NCBI GenBank assembly: GCA_012729495.1
Contig: JAAYCZ010000117.1
Span: forward strand, 989-64,988
Direction: 5' to 3'
DNA: 64,000 nucleotides
Source: Syntrophomonadaceae bacterium
GTDB taxonomy: Bacteria; Bacillota; Syntrophomonadia; Syntrophomonadales; Syntrophomonadaceae
Below are positions 8,988-18,524 of this stretch, piece after piece. Position numbers and translations under genes: made by a program. The notes under the pieces are model-generated. The model was not told the origin of the DNA and did no database searches. It saw nothing but the letters and a program-made list of their open reading frames with translations. Positions within the stretch are counted from its first letter, which is position 1, and each line of letters opens with the position of its first letter.

Positions 8988-11030
8988 ATGGAGAGTCTTT
9001 TTAGGGAACTGCAGTACATAAAGGGTGTGGGGCCAAAGCGAAATCAGGATCTGCAGAAACTGGGAGTGCAAAATATTTTTGATTTGCTGTGGTATGTGCC
9101 GCGAGCTTATTTTAACCGCTCCAATTTGTCGGCTATAAGCGATTTGTCCCCTGATACCACTGTCAATCTGCAGGTCCGGGTGTTAAGTACTGGCCATAAC
9201 AGAACCGGGCGCGGATTTCATATCTTCAAGGCACTGCTTGAAGATGATACCGGCATTATTACTGCGGTGTGGTTTAATCAGCCGTTTTTGGCCAATATAA
9301 TTAAAAGCGGCCAGGAAATACTGGTTACCGGCAAAGTGGATAGCAGATACCGTGAATTGCAGTTGCATGTTTCTGCCTATGAAATATTGGATGGGGAATT
9401 AAGTGAGTTCAATGTAGTACCGGTATATCCGCTGAGCGGAAGCTTGAATCAAAAGAGTTTACGCAAAATAATGCAATTTGTGCTGCAAAACTGTCTGCCG
9501 GATTATCCCGAAATCCTGACTCCGGCTATAAAAGAAAAATTTGGACTGACAGACATTCATACAGCCATACATAATATCCACTTTCCGCAGAGTGCTGAAT
9601 CTTATCTCCAGGCCAGGAAAAGGCTGGCTTTCGAGGAATTATTACTGTTTCAGCTTTCACTGGAAAAATACCATACCCAAGGCCAATTGGTAGAAAATTG
9701 TGCTGTCCATCAGGATAAAACCGATTTATACACAGAGCTGCAACATAAGCTGCCTTTTACCCTGACCCATGATCAGGAAAAGGTTTTGCAGGAGATCTTT
9801 GCCGATATGGAATCTCCACGGGTAATGAACCGCCTTTTGCAGGGCGATGTAGGGGCGGGTAAAACCGTGGTGGCTGCCCTGGCCATGGCCAAGGCGGTTG
9901 CCAGCGGCTATCAGGCAGCCCTGATGGCGCCGACGGAGATCTTGGCGCAGCAGCATTATTTAGCGCTACAGGAATATTTTGCCGACAGTGAAGTGGTTCT
10001 GGCTTGTTTGACCGGTGGCACTCCTTTACCTGAACGGCGTATGATTCTGCAGGCAGCGCGGTCGGGAGAAATTAATATCCTGCTGGGAACCCATGCCTTG
10101 ATACAGGAACAGGTGGAATTCAACAACCTGGGGTTGGTCATCATTGATGAACAACATCGTTTTGGGGTACGGCAGCGAGCCCTGCTCAGTCAAAAAGGAG
10201 AAAACCCGGACGTTTTGGTGATGACCGCTACCCCTATTCCCCGCACCTTGGCGTTAACAGCCTATGGGGATTTGGATCTTTCCGTTATTCATGAACTGCC
10301 GCCCGGACGAAAACCAGTGAAAACCCGTTATCTTCCTCGTTCTGCCCGCCATCAGGCCTATGAATTTACGCGTCAGCTGATCAAACAGGGAGAGCAGGCC
10401 TATGTCGTATGCCCCTTGGTGGAAGAATCAGAAAAACAGGATCTGCAGGCGGCGATTACCCTTTATGAGGAGTTAAGCCATTCCATTTATGCTGAATTTA
10501 CGGTGGGATTGATTTACGGGCGCATGAAAGCCGACGAGAAAGATCTGATCATGCAGCGTTTTAAGTCAGGCCAGGTCCAGGTACTGGTCTCCACCACCGT
10601 AATCGAAGTGGGAGTGGATGTGGCTAACGCTTCGGTTATTATTATTGAGCATGCGGAAAGATTTGGCCTGTCCCAGTTGCATCAGCTGCGCGGCAGAGTT
10701 GGCCGGGGAAGCCATCAATCTTATTGTATTATGCTGGCGGATGCCCGCACCGAAGAAGCCAAGCGCCGCCTTAAGGCAATGGAAAAGAGTAATGACGGCT
10801 TTGAACTGGCCAATGAAGACCTGGCCATCCGTGGACCCGGTGACTTTTGGGGGGTGCGGCAGCATGGCTTGCAGGAACTGAAAATTGCCAGCCTGGTTAA
10901 AGACATTGATTTGATCAGATCAAGCATTGAGGTTGCTGGCCTATTGGAACCGGAATATATACAAAGCCCGATTATGAATTTATATATAAAAAATAAATTT
11001 AAACAATCCAATGAAATTGCCAGAAATTAA
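8988..11030 (+). CDS. recG: ATP-dependent DNA helicase RecG
   Basis: QGDVGAGKT, DEQHRFG, MTATPIPRTL, QLRGRVGRG, RGPGD. Confidence 0.96.
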   Translation: MESLFRELQYIKGVGPKRNQDLQKLGVQNIFDLLWYVPRAYFNRSNLSAISDLSPDTTVNLQVRVLSTGHNRTGRGFHIFKALLEDDTGIITAVWFNQPFLANIIKSGQEILVTGKVDSRYRELQLHVSAYEILDGELSEFNVVPVYPLSGSLNQKSLRKIMQFVLQNCLPDYPEILTPAIKEKFGLTDIHTAIHNIHFPQSAESYLQARKRLAFEELLLFQLSLEKYHTQGQLVENCAVHQDKTDLYTELQHKLPFTLTHDQEKVLQEIFADMESPRVMNRLLQGDVGAGKTVVAALAMAKAVASGYQAALMAPTEILAQQHYLALQEYFADSEVVLACLTGGTPLPERRMILQAARSGEINILLGTHALIQEQVEFNNLGLVIIDEQHRFGVRQRALLSQKGENPDVLVMTATPIPRTLALTAYGDLDLSVIHELPPGRKPVKTRYLPRSARHQAYEFTRQLIKQGEQAYVVCPLVEESEKQDLQAAITLYEELSHSIYAEFTVGLIYGRMKADEKDLIMQRFKSGQVQVLVSTTVIEVGVDVANASVIIIEHAERFGLSQLHQLRGRVGRGSHQSYCIMLADARTEEAKRRLKAMEKSNDGFELANEDLAIRGPGDFWGVRQHGLQELKIASLVKDIDLIRSSIEVAGLLEPEYIQSPIMNLYIKNKFKQSNEIARN

Positions 11031-11165
11031 ATTAAGGTGAAAATACCTGTGATTACATCACGGGACATTGATTGCCAAAATAAAAACGTTGGATTTGATT
11101 CATCCTAATACTGCAGACAAAATTGCCTGTGGTATTTTTTTATTAATTTGAAAGGAGATGCAGCA

Positions 11166-11303
11166 TTGAAAAAAGGTTCCACGCAGAAGAATAAAAAAGT
11201 TAATCAGACGACCAACCCCGAAGAAATAGTAATTGAAAATCTCAAATATGAAGTTGGTCAGGAAATGGGCATCAAACCCAAAACAAAAAATAAAAAGTCT
11301 TGA
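11166..11303 (+). CDS. 45-aa basic protein carrying only the first helix of alpha/beta-type SASPs (not in ORF track)
   Basis: AAAGGAG RBS then TTG; MKKGSTQKNKKVNQTTNPEEIVIENLKYEVGQEMGIKPKTKNKKS; LKYEVGQEMG matches the SASP KYE..QE.G helix. Confidence 0.65.
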   Translation: MKKGSTQKNKKVNQTTNPEEIVIENLKYEVGQEMGIKPKTKNKKS

Positions 11304-11375
11304 AAATACTTCTAGCATATTAGATGAAACGAGGGAGAAACTAAGACTAACCTATAAAAAAGGAGGTGAACATAA

Positions 11376-11579
11376 ATGGCAAGAGGTAATAGACTGTTGG
11401 TTCCCCAGGCCAAGGCTGCAATGGATTCATTCAAGTATGAAGCCGCTCAGCAGGTAGGTGTCAACTTAAAGCAGGGTTACAACGGTGACCTGACTTCTGC
11501 TCAGGCTGGAAGCATCGGTGGTCAAATGGTTAAGAGCATGATTCAGGCTTATGAATCTGGGAAAAGCACTATGAAATAA
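11376..11579 (+). CDS. alpha/beta-type small acid-soluble spore protein
   Basis: LLVPQA..AMDSFKYEAAQQVGV...YNGDLTS.QAGSIGGQMVK; AAGGAGG RBS; GCATA-N14-GGAGAAACTA SigF/G-like promoter upstream. Confidence 0.93.
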   Translation: MARGNRLLVPQAKAAMDSFKYEAAQQVGVNLKQGYNGDLTSAQAGSIGGQMVKSMIQAYESGKSTMK

Positions 11580-11607
11580 TTGTATAGCTGACTAATTATA
11601 CTAAACG

Positions 11608-11639
11608 AACAAGCGGAATCATTATGATCCGCTTGTTTT
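11608..11639. terminator. intrinsic terminator between SASP gene and gpr
   Basis: AACAAGCGGA-ATCAT/ATGAT-CCGCTTGTTTT hairpin. Confidence 0.75.
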
Positions 11640-11681
11640 CATTTCATTATTAAATTCGTTGCATTTTAGAAATAAAATTTA

Positions 11682-12641
11682 TCAGGTTGCATACAATTCC
11701 AGCTGTTCACGGCTAATGCCCGGAAAAAGAGAAGATGCAACCCCCATGGAGATGATGCGGGCAGTATTTTCTATAATCTCGTCAACTTCCTTGGGAGTTA
11801 CAGCCAAATCGCCGCCAAAATAAGAAAGCGTATCTTTAATAGAGTTGGTTGCAAACATATCATTAAATACAGTATTGCTAACAGAACAGAAATTTTTAAT
11901 CGCCTGCTGAGCAATAATTGCAGCATTGACAATTGTTGGACAGCCAATGGCAATTACCGGAATACCCAATTCTTGCTCGGTTAAAGAATGACGGGCGTTG
12001 CCCACGCCGCCCCCAGGCTGGATACCGGTATTGGACATTTGGATGGTATTGCCGATACGGTCTACATTTTGCGCAGCCAGCGCATCGACCACTACCAACA
12101 CAGCCGGTTTTACGTTATCAACTACGCCTTTTATAACTTCAAAGGTTTCCAGACCAGTAATTCCCAATACTCCCGGTGCGATGCCTGAAACCGGCCGCAT
12201 TCCTTCAACCAGTGCTTCGGGTGCATGCTGAAAATAGTGCCGGGTAATGGGACTATATTCTATAAATTTCGGTCCCAGGGAATCAGCTGTAGCCCGCCAG
12301 TTGCCAAGACCGACCAATAATACAATATCTTTGGGCTGCAGACGGTTATTTAGCAGGATCGTCATACTTTTACTCATGGCTTGGATAATTTCATCTTTTA
12401 CATAAGGATCATTGATTTTTAAAGGTGGTGATTCGATCGTAACATAAGTACCCAATGGTCTTCCCATAATGGGAACAGCCTGTGGATCCTTAATGGTTAT
12501 CGTGGTAATTTTAATCTGTTCCATTTTTTCCACTTGTTCTTCAACGCCCTGGATTTCTTGTCCCGTGGCTCCGCGAACCAGGTCACGTGCTTCAATAGCC
12601 AGGTCTACATGGAGATTAAACTGCTGCAGAAATTCATTCAT
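11682..12641 (-). CDS. gpr: GPR germination protease
   Basis: DLAIEAR, G.YVTIE, LVGLGN...TADSLGP, PGVLGITGLET, VDALAA, GIQPGGGVGN, VTPKEVD. Confidence 0.93.
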   Translation of the reverse strand: MNEFLQQFNLHVDLAIEARDLVRGATGQEIQGVEEQVEKMEQIKITTITIKDPQAVPIMGRPLGTYVTIESPPLKINDPYVKDEIIQAMSKSMTILLNNRLQPKDIVLLVGLGNWRATADSLGPKFIEYSPITRHYFQHAPEALVEGMRPVSGIAPGVLGITGLETFEVIKGVVDNVKPAVLVVVDALAAQNVDRIGNTIQMSNTGIQPGGGVGNARHSLTEQELGIPVIAIGCPTIVNAAIIAQQAIKNFCSVSNTVFNDMFATNSIKDTLSYFGGDLAVTPKEVDEIIENTARIISMGVASSLFPGISREQLELYAT

Positions 12642-12720
12642 TTTAAATTACCTCCTTTTGACCATTATTATCATCATAAGCAGGTAATATTATACAGAAT
12701 TAAAGATCTTTCAAGAAAAT

Positions 12721-12810
12721 AAAATGGCGACTTGCGTCGCCACTTTGGGGAGAGGAGAATTTTGTAAAGTTGTTGGGGAGGGTTTGTTTACCGGTTTTTT
12801 ATTCCGGTAC
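12721..12810 (-). ncRNA. csfG: CsfG-like sporulation sRNA
   Basis: Minus strand has a 5' hairpin ACCGG..CCGGT, pyrimidine motifs CCCTCCCC and CTCCTCTCCCC, and terminator GTGGCGAC-gcaa-GTCGCCATTTT; divergent from rsmD(ylbH), the known csfG position; SigF/G-like promoter upstream. Confidence 0.65.
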
Positions 12811-12813
12811 TTA

Positions 12814-12842
12814 TATCATTGCCGTTATTAGCTATAATATAC
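12814..12842 (-). promoter_or_regulatory. SigF/SigG-type promoter of the CsfG-like RNA
   Basis: GTATA-N14-GGCAATGATA on the minus strand. Confidence 0.5.
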
Positions 12843-12930
12843 ATTAATGACAAAAAAATTTTTTAAAAATTTAAATCATTAAAAGAAGGTAATTTTATAC
12901 TGGAATAGAAATTGACAAAGGAGAAACATT

Positions 12931-13527
12931 TTGCGAGTTATTGCTGGATATGCTCGAGGGAAAAGACTTAAAGCACCAGGCGGTTTGCACACCCGTCCTA
13001 TAACTGACATGATAAAAGAAGCTCTGTTTAATGTATGGGGTCCTGGCGTAGCTGAAGCCAAAGTTCTGGACTTATTTGCCGGCAGCGGAAGTGTGGGGAT
13101 TGAAGCTTTAAGCCGCGGGGCTGTACAGGTAGTATTTGTCGACAATGATAAAAAGGCCATAAAAACGATCACTGAAAATCTGCAAAATTGTGGTTTTGAA
13201 GCTGGGTATGAGCTATACCATAATGATGTTTTCAAAGCTCTGGATACTCTCTCGCGCAACCGGCGCTGCTTTGATTATATCTATGTTGATCCGCCTTTTA
13301 CCGACGATCCTATTTTTGACAAGGTCATGATCGCTCTTGGCAAAGCCGAGATACTGGACAAAGAAGGCATTTTGGTGATCAGAACCAGAAGAAAGCGGGC
13401 ATTGGCAACTGCCTGCGGGAATTTAATAAAATATCGGGAAAAAAACTATGGAGAGTCAACATTACATTATTACCATTGCATAGAGGAGGACCAAAACCAT
13501 GATGGAAATATTCAGGATTTTGGATGA
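12931..13527 (+). CDS. rsmD: 16S rRNA m2G966 methyltransferase
   Basis: MRVIAG.ARG..L, TRP.TD..KEALFN, LDLFAGSG, EALSRGA, DPPF. Confidence 0.93.
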   Translation: MRVIAGYARGKRLKAPGGLHTRPITDMIKEALFNVWGPGVAEAKVLDLFAGSGSVGIEALSRGAVQVVFVDNDKKAIKTITENLQNCGFEAGYELYHNDVFKALDTLSRNRRCFDYIYVDPPFTDDPIFDKVMIALGKAEILDKEGILVIRTRRKRALATACGNLIKYREKNYGESTLHYYHCIEEDQNHDGNIQDFG

Positions 13528-13966
13528 ATTGGAACTGTTGTTGAAAGGCAGTCGTAAAGTACCCCTTACCGGCGGTAAATCAATGGTCGAGACCAGCCGT
13601 TTTCTGGAAAGGGTTGATCGTATCAGAGCGATTCTTCCGGAAGAACTGGAAACCGCCAAATTGATTATGGCTGAAAAGGAAAGAATCGTCAGCGAAGCCT
13701 GTGCTGAAGCAGACAAGTATCTGGAACATTCGAAAAGCCATATAGCCCAGCTCGTAGACGACAGTGAAATCACCAGAAGCGCCCGGGAAGCTGCCGAAGA
13801 AATTATTGCCCGCAGTGAAGAAATTGCGACGCAGATACGCAGGGATGCCGATGAATATGCAGATGGTGTTTTGTCACATATGGAAATCGTTTTACGCAAA
13901 GGTTTGGATACCGTAATTCAAGGCCGGGATGATATCAGAGAGGGTCTGAGCAACAATGATTATTAA
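13499..13966 (+). CDS. coiled-coil DivIVA-like protein conserved downstream of rsmD/coaD in Clostridia
   Basis: LDELE......KVPLTG, LPEEL..A..I..E.ERI pattern and position. Confidence 0.7.
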   Translation: MMEIFRILDELELLLKGSRKVPLTGGKSMVETSRFLERVDRIRAILPEELETAKLIMAEKERIVSEACAEADKYLEHSKSHIAQLVDDSEITRSAREAAEEIIARSEEIATQIRRDADEYADGVLSHMEIVLRKGLDTVIQGRDDIREGLSNNDY

Positions 13967-15156
13967 TGCTTTCTGCACCAGGCGGCGGAAAGCATAATGG
14001 TTATGATAATAAAAGCTGCCAGCATTGATTTAAGCGCCCAGGTCCAGGCATCAAATGCATATAAAATCTTATAGTAAGGAATTGTTTGTACGCTTATACT
14101 GGCAATTCCGGTCAGCAGGGTGAGACGAAAAGTTAGAAAAGTTATGCTGCAAGCGATGATTACCTGCACCAGGCGGGAAAGCAAATAAAAAGATAAACGT
14201 ACCGGCGTGCCGGCCATAATGCTCATTACCTGGGTAATGACGGAAATGCCGCTAAAAGCAAGTATGGCACTGAGTACCATGAAAACGGCCAGGCTGCTGC
14301 TTGAAGCATTGGCAACGGCAGTTTTAGCCCCCAGGGTCATTTCGAAAATGCCCATGCATAAACCGTATACCTGAGCATAATCGAGTTCAAACAACTTTAG
14401 CAACTGGAAAAGGAATCCCGCCATAACATCAATGACTCCCCATTGGCTCAGCATGCGGGTAAGTACTGAAAATACAACAATAAAACCTCCTACCGCCATG
14501 ACATTGCCCAGACTATTGCGAATGGCATCACCGAGAAGATTTGCGATCCCCGATCTTTCGTCGTTACGGGGAAGCATTGCCTGGCAGGCAGTTTTCAAGC
14601 CGGTAGAATCTGTTTGCCTTCGCCGAACCGGGCTGACCGCTCTGAATCTTAAAAAAACACCCAGCAGCAAATTGGAAAGATATTGGGAAAATGCCAGCAG
14701 ATAGCCTGCCACCGGGTTGCCTAACATACCGATACCCACAGCTCCAAGGATAAAAAGCGGACTGGCGTTGTTGGTGAAAACCAGCAATCTTTCTGCTTCT
14801 TCAGCGCTGAGCTGCTTCTGATCATATAGTTTTCTAGTCAAAACCGCACCAACCGGGAATCCTGAAGTAAAACCCATAACCACTACCAAAGAACTGCAAC
14901 CCGGCAATCGGAAAATAGGACGCATGACCGGTTCCATCAGAATGCCCATAAAATGAACAAAGCGAATTTTTACTAATAATTCGGCTACAATAAAAAAAGG
15001 CAGCAGCGCAGGAAGTACGATTGAATACCATAATAAAAGCCCCTGGGAAGCAGCTTGCACGGTCTCACGGGGATTAATTATCATAAAAAAAGCACTTAAA
15101 AGTATTATAATTGTATAAAAAGGTATTGCGAGATGATTCACCAATCCATACTCCAA
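13963..15156 (-). CDS. ylbJ: sporulation integral membrane protein YlbJ (SpoVV)
   Basis: GL.LW...VLPALLPFF, MRP.F.LPG, SGFPVGA, NASPLFI.GAV, G.FEMTLG. Confidence 0.88.
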   Translation of the reverse strand: MEYGLVNHLAIPFYTIIILLSAFFMIINPRETVQAASQGLLLWYSIVLPALLPFFIVAELLVKIRFVHFMGILMEPVMRPIFRLPGCSSLVVVMGFTSGFPVGAVLTRKLYDQKQLSAEEAERLLVFTNNASPLFILGAVGIGMLGNPVAGYLLAFSQYLSNLLLGVFLRFRAVSPVRRRQTDSTGLKTACQAMLPRNDERSGIANLLGDAIRNSLGNVMAVGGFIVVFSVLTRMLSQWGVIDVMAGFLFQLLKLFELDYAQVYGLCMGIFEMTLGAKTAVANASSSSLAVFMVLSAILAFSGISVITQVMSIMAGTPVRLSFYLLSRLVQVIIACSITFLTFRLTLLTGIASISVQTIPYYKILYAFDAWTWALKSMLAAFIIITIMLSAAWCRKH

Positions 15157-15219
15157 TCAAGTTTTACCCTATATATATGAAGGGAAGATAGTCTCTTAGA
15201 ATAAGGAGGCAGATTACGT

Positions 15220-16008
15220 ATGGAAAAAAGGCAACCCGTGGTTGGGCTGGTGCTGGGGGCAGGCAGCGCCCGCGGCCTGGCCCATATTGGGGTGTTGCAG
15301 GTTTTAAAAGAAGAAGAGATCGATATCGATTTTATTGTCGGCAGCAGCATGGGTGCCATGGTAGGAGCTATTTATGCCAGCGGCGCCGACCTCTATATGC
15401 TGGAAAAGATGCTGGACTGTATGAATACCAACCTGATGCTGGATGTTCAGGTGCCGCGTTTTGGCTTTGTAGCCGGTAAGAGAATAGATAGTTTTATAAC
15501 CTTGCTGACCAAAAATAAAAGTTTTGACCAATTGGATCCTCCCCTTATTGCCGTAGCTACTGATTTAATATCCGGAGAGCGGGTGATATTTGAACAGGGG
15601 CCGGTTGTTGAAGCGGTGCGGGCCAGTATCTCTATTCCCGGAGTTTTTACTCCGGTTCGGAAAGATGATATGGTTCTGGTTGATGGTGCGGTGATTGATC
15701 GATTGCCGGTCGAAGTTGCACGCGACCGGGGAGCAGATATAATTATTGCAGTTGATGTAACTTTTGGTCCGGATAAAAAAGTTACCATCAAAAACACAAT
15801 CGATGTCATCATGACTTCGCTGGATATAATGCAGAAGTATCATTTCGATTTGTGCGGTTCGCAGGCAGATATTCTGATTCAACCGGCAGTGGGAAATTTT
15901 GCCTCCCGGGATTTTGAAAATGCCAAAGAAATCATAAACTTGGGCAGGACAGCTACACTTGACAAAGTTCAAGAAATAAAACAAAAGATAAGCGATTTTA
16001 TAGCCTGA
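15220..16008 (+). CDS. patatin-like phospholipase (YlbK/RssA-like)
   Basis: GAGSARGLAHIG, GSSMG nucleophile, ASISIPG.F.P, DGA. Confidence 0.9.
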   Translation: MEKRQPVVGLVLGAGSARGLAHIGVLQVLKEEEIDIDFIVGSSMGAMVGAIYASGADLYMLEKMLDCMNTNLMLDVQVPRFGFVAGKRIDSFITLLTKNKSFDQLDPPLIAVATDLISGERVIFEQGPVVEAVRASISIPGVFTPVRKDDMVLVDGAVIDRLPVEVARDRGADIIIAVDVTFGPDKKVTIKNTIDVIMTSLDIMQKYHFDLCGSQADILIQPAVGNFASRDFENAKEIINLGRTATLDKVQEIKQKISDFIA

Positions 16009-17239
16009 CCGGAGTCATGGTGAAATCCAGGCCGCCCCTGCGAGTTGCGGGGTCAGGATGCAACAGGGAATAAATATCGGTAGCGCGTCGGTCAAGTTCC
16101 AGCATTGTCTGCAACAAGGGCTTGTTATGATTACAATAGGCCTTTTTTATTTCACTGCCGCGTGAAAATATTGGTAAAATAGACCGTGATTTAATTTCTT
16201 GCAGGATTTTCTGTCCCGATGGCGAAAATCCTAAAACGTGCAGATATTGTGGACCACATTCATCAAAGCGGGTGATTTGCTCTTGGTGCAGATCCCACAG
16301 GCAATACAAAAGAATCCGATTAATACGGCTCAGCGAAAAGCGTTTGGTCTTTATTTTATGTTTTAGTTCTTCGAGATTGCCGGACTCCCCGGCAGCTTTA
16401 ACGATACGGTTTTCCAAACCTTCGCCGATTTCATAAATATCTGCCAAATCTGATGCGGATGACAGGCGCAATTTAAGCAGGATACTCTGTTCCAGGGTTT
16501 CAGCTTTTATTGGTGCATGGCCCCGGGAGATCTCCTCGGCCAGTATTCGCAGTGTATAAGGGGGGACAGAAGGGGCAATTGCGGCCAGGTTCTGCTCTTT
16601 TGCCAGAGAGGTTCGGATAGCACTGGCACTGGCCAGGGCAGACATTTCATCGCTGTGATAGCCGGTTCCCAGACGCGGGAAAGTAAGCGCTGTAATCGGT
16701 GATTTGAGTTCATCCAGTACATGCAGGTATTCAAATGCCAGGATGTTGTTGGGTTGCAGCAGCAATTCGTTTAATTTGGGATTATTAATAATTGCCTGCA
16801 GGGTCAGAGAACGTGCCCGGGCGAAACTATATCCCCGGGAAAGGTAGTTTTTAAGTTTTTCCTGATATTCCTGGCTTTCGTTGCCGAGCACAGAAGATAT
16901 GCTTTGCAGTTCATCCAGGTTGCCGCTTTCACTGCCAAATACAAGATGCGTAACTACCCCGGTTCGTTCCAGTAATTGGATTGCGCCGCGGGCAAAATAA
17001 TAGGCACTGCGAACTGCATAGCAAACCGGGAGTTCGATGATCAGGTCTGCTCCCGCATGGAGTGCCATAGCAGATCTTGACCATTTATTGCACCAGGCAG
17101 CTTCGCCCCGCTGCAGGAAGTTGCCACTCATAACACAAATACAGGGAGCACCGGGAACCGCTTTTTTGGCTTCCTGCAACAGGTACAAGTGACCGTTATG
17201 AAAAGGATTAAATTCAGCGATTATGCCTATAGCAGTCAT
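15998..17239 (-). CDS. tmcAL: tRNA(Met) cytidine acetate ligase (YlbM/TmcAL)
   Basis: AEFNPFHNGH, MSGNFLQRGE, FGSESG, PNNIL..EY, SAS.IR, EGLENR. Confidence 0.9.
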   Translation of the reverse strand: MTAIGIIAEFNPFHNGHLYLLQEAKKAVPGAPCICVMSGNFLQRGEAAWCNKWSRSAMALHAGADLIIELPVCYAVRSAYYFARGAIQLLERTGVVTHLVFGSESGNLDELQSISSVLGNESQEYQEKLKNYLSRGYSFARARSLTLQAIINNPKLNELLLQPNNILAFEYLHVLDELKSPITALTFPRLGTGYHSDEMSALASASAIRTSLAKEQNLAAIAPSVPPYTLRILAEEISRGHAPIKAETLEQSILLKLRLSSASDLADIYEIGEGLENRIVKAAGESGNLEELKHKIKTKRFSLSRINRILLYCLWDLHQEQITRFDECGPQYLHVLGFSPSGQKILQEIKSRSILPIFSRGSEIKKAYCNHNKPLLQTMLELDRRATDIYSLLHPDPATRRGGLDFTMTPVRL

Positions 17240-17423
17240 GGATAATACCCCTTTTTAATCTCGGTCTGCAGTCAACAAAGCAATAGAGTTTTTTGATAAG
17301 TGATGGGTCTGCATTTGTTTAACTTTAAGCAGAACAGTTCTGATTAGTGGTAATGGATTACCCCGGATGATACAATGATGTTTCATAAATTTACCACTAA
17401 TACATTCATTTATCAAAGACTTT

Positions 17424-17441
17424 ATGGTAAAATTTTATCAA
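17424..17441. promoter_or_regulatory. Rex-like palindrome overlapping the putative pta -10 element
   Basis: ATGGTAAAATTTTATCAA, an 18-bp imperfect palindrome resembling TTGTTAA-N4-TTAACAA; contains the extended -10 TGgTAAAAT. Confidence 0.35.
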
Positions 17442-17483
17442 AAGTATTCCAACAACGAACGGTATTAATAGGGAGGATGAAGG

Positions 17484-18476
17484 ATGAGTTTATTAGCAGA
17501 GATTAAAGAGAAAGCTTCCAAAAAGGGTAAAACAGTAGTTCTGCCCGAAGGTACAGAGGAAAGAACATTACTGGCCGTCAAAGGAATTGTGGACGGCAAA
17601 ATTGCCACTCCGATCCTTTTGGGCAATGAAAGCGAAGTTAAAGCTGTTGCCAGCAAAGTTGGCGCCGATATTTCCGGTGCACAAATTATTGATCCGGTCA
17701 AAGCCCCATATTTTGATGATTTTGTTCAGGCTTTCTATGAAATGCGTAAAAGCAAGGGCGTTGATTTGGATAAAGCCAAAGCAACCATGCTGGATCCGCT
17801 TTTCTTTGCATCCATGATGGTGCAGCTGGGTAAAGCTGACGGAGAAGTTGCCGGGGCCGAAAATACTACTGGTAACGTATTAAGACCGGCTCTGCAGATA
17901 ATCAAAACTGCGCCTGGCATTTCCGCTGTTTCCGGTTCATTTATTATGATTGTACCGAACTGTGAATTTGGCGACAAAGGAATATTTGTTTTTGCTGACT
18001 GCGCAGTAACTCCCATGCCCACTGCTGCTCAGTTGGCAGAGTTTGCGAAAACTTCTGCTCAAACCGCGGTTAATCTCTGCGGAATGAAGGAACCCAAAAT
18101 TGGGATGCTGTCTTTTTCAACCAAAGGCAGTGCCAGTCACGAAGTGGTTGACAAAGTTACGGAAGCAACCAGGATTGCCAGGGAAAGATTCCCGGAACTG
18201 GCTGTTGACGGAGAATTGCAGGCTGACGCCGCCATGGTTCCCAAGGTTGGTTCATCCAAAGCCCCGGGCAGTCTGGTGGCCGGACAGTGTAATGTATTGG
18301 TGTTTCCTGATTTACAGGCAGGTAATATCGGGTATAAACTGGTGCAGAGGCTGGCGAAAGCAGAAGCTATTGGTCCTATTCTCCAGGGTATGGCCAAACC
18401 GGTTAATGACCTGTCCAGAGGTTGCAGTGTAGAAGACGTTATCAATACAGTGGCTATGGTAGTAATGCAGGCCTAA
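17484..18476 (+). CDS. pta: phosphate acetyltransferase
   Basis: VLPEG.EER, ADCAV, LSFSTKGS, DGELQADAA, GNIGYK, PVNDLSRG. Confidence 0.96.
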   Translation: MSLLAEIKEKASKKGKTVVLPEGTEERTLLAVKGIVDGKIATPILLGNESEVKAVASKVGADISGAQIIDPVKAPYFDDFVQAFYEMRKSKGVDLDKAKATMLDPLFFASMMVQLGKADGEVAGAENTTGNVLRPALQIIKTAPGISAVSGSFIMIVPNCEFGDKGIFVFADCAVTPMPTAAQLAEFAKTSAQTAVNLCGMKEPKIGMLSFSTKGSASHEVVDKVTEATRIARERFPELAVDGELQADAAMVPKVGSSKAPGSLVAGQCNVLVFPDLQAGNIGYKLVQRLAKAEAIGPILQGMAKPVNDLSRGCSVEDVINTVAMVVMQA

Positions 18477-18524
18477 AAATAACTTACAAAGTAAAAATTT
18501 AAATAACGAGGAGGAAAAGAATTA

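Noticed and set aside
11233-11457. 74-aa ORF overlapping the SASP locus
   Set aside because: It conflicts with two better-supported ORFs (11166 and 11376) that have RBSs and SASP motifs
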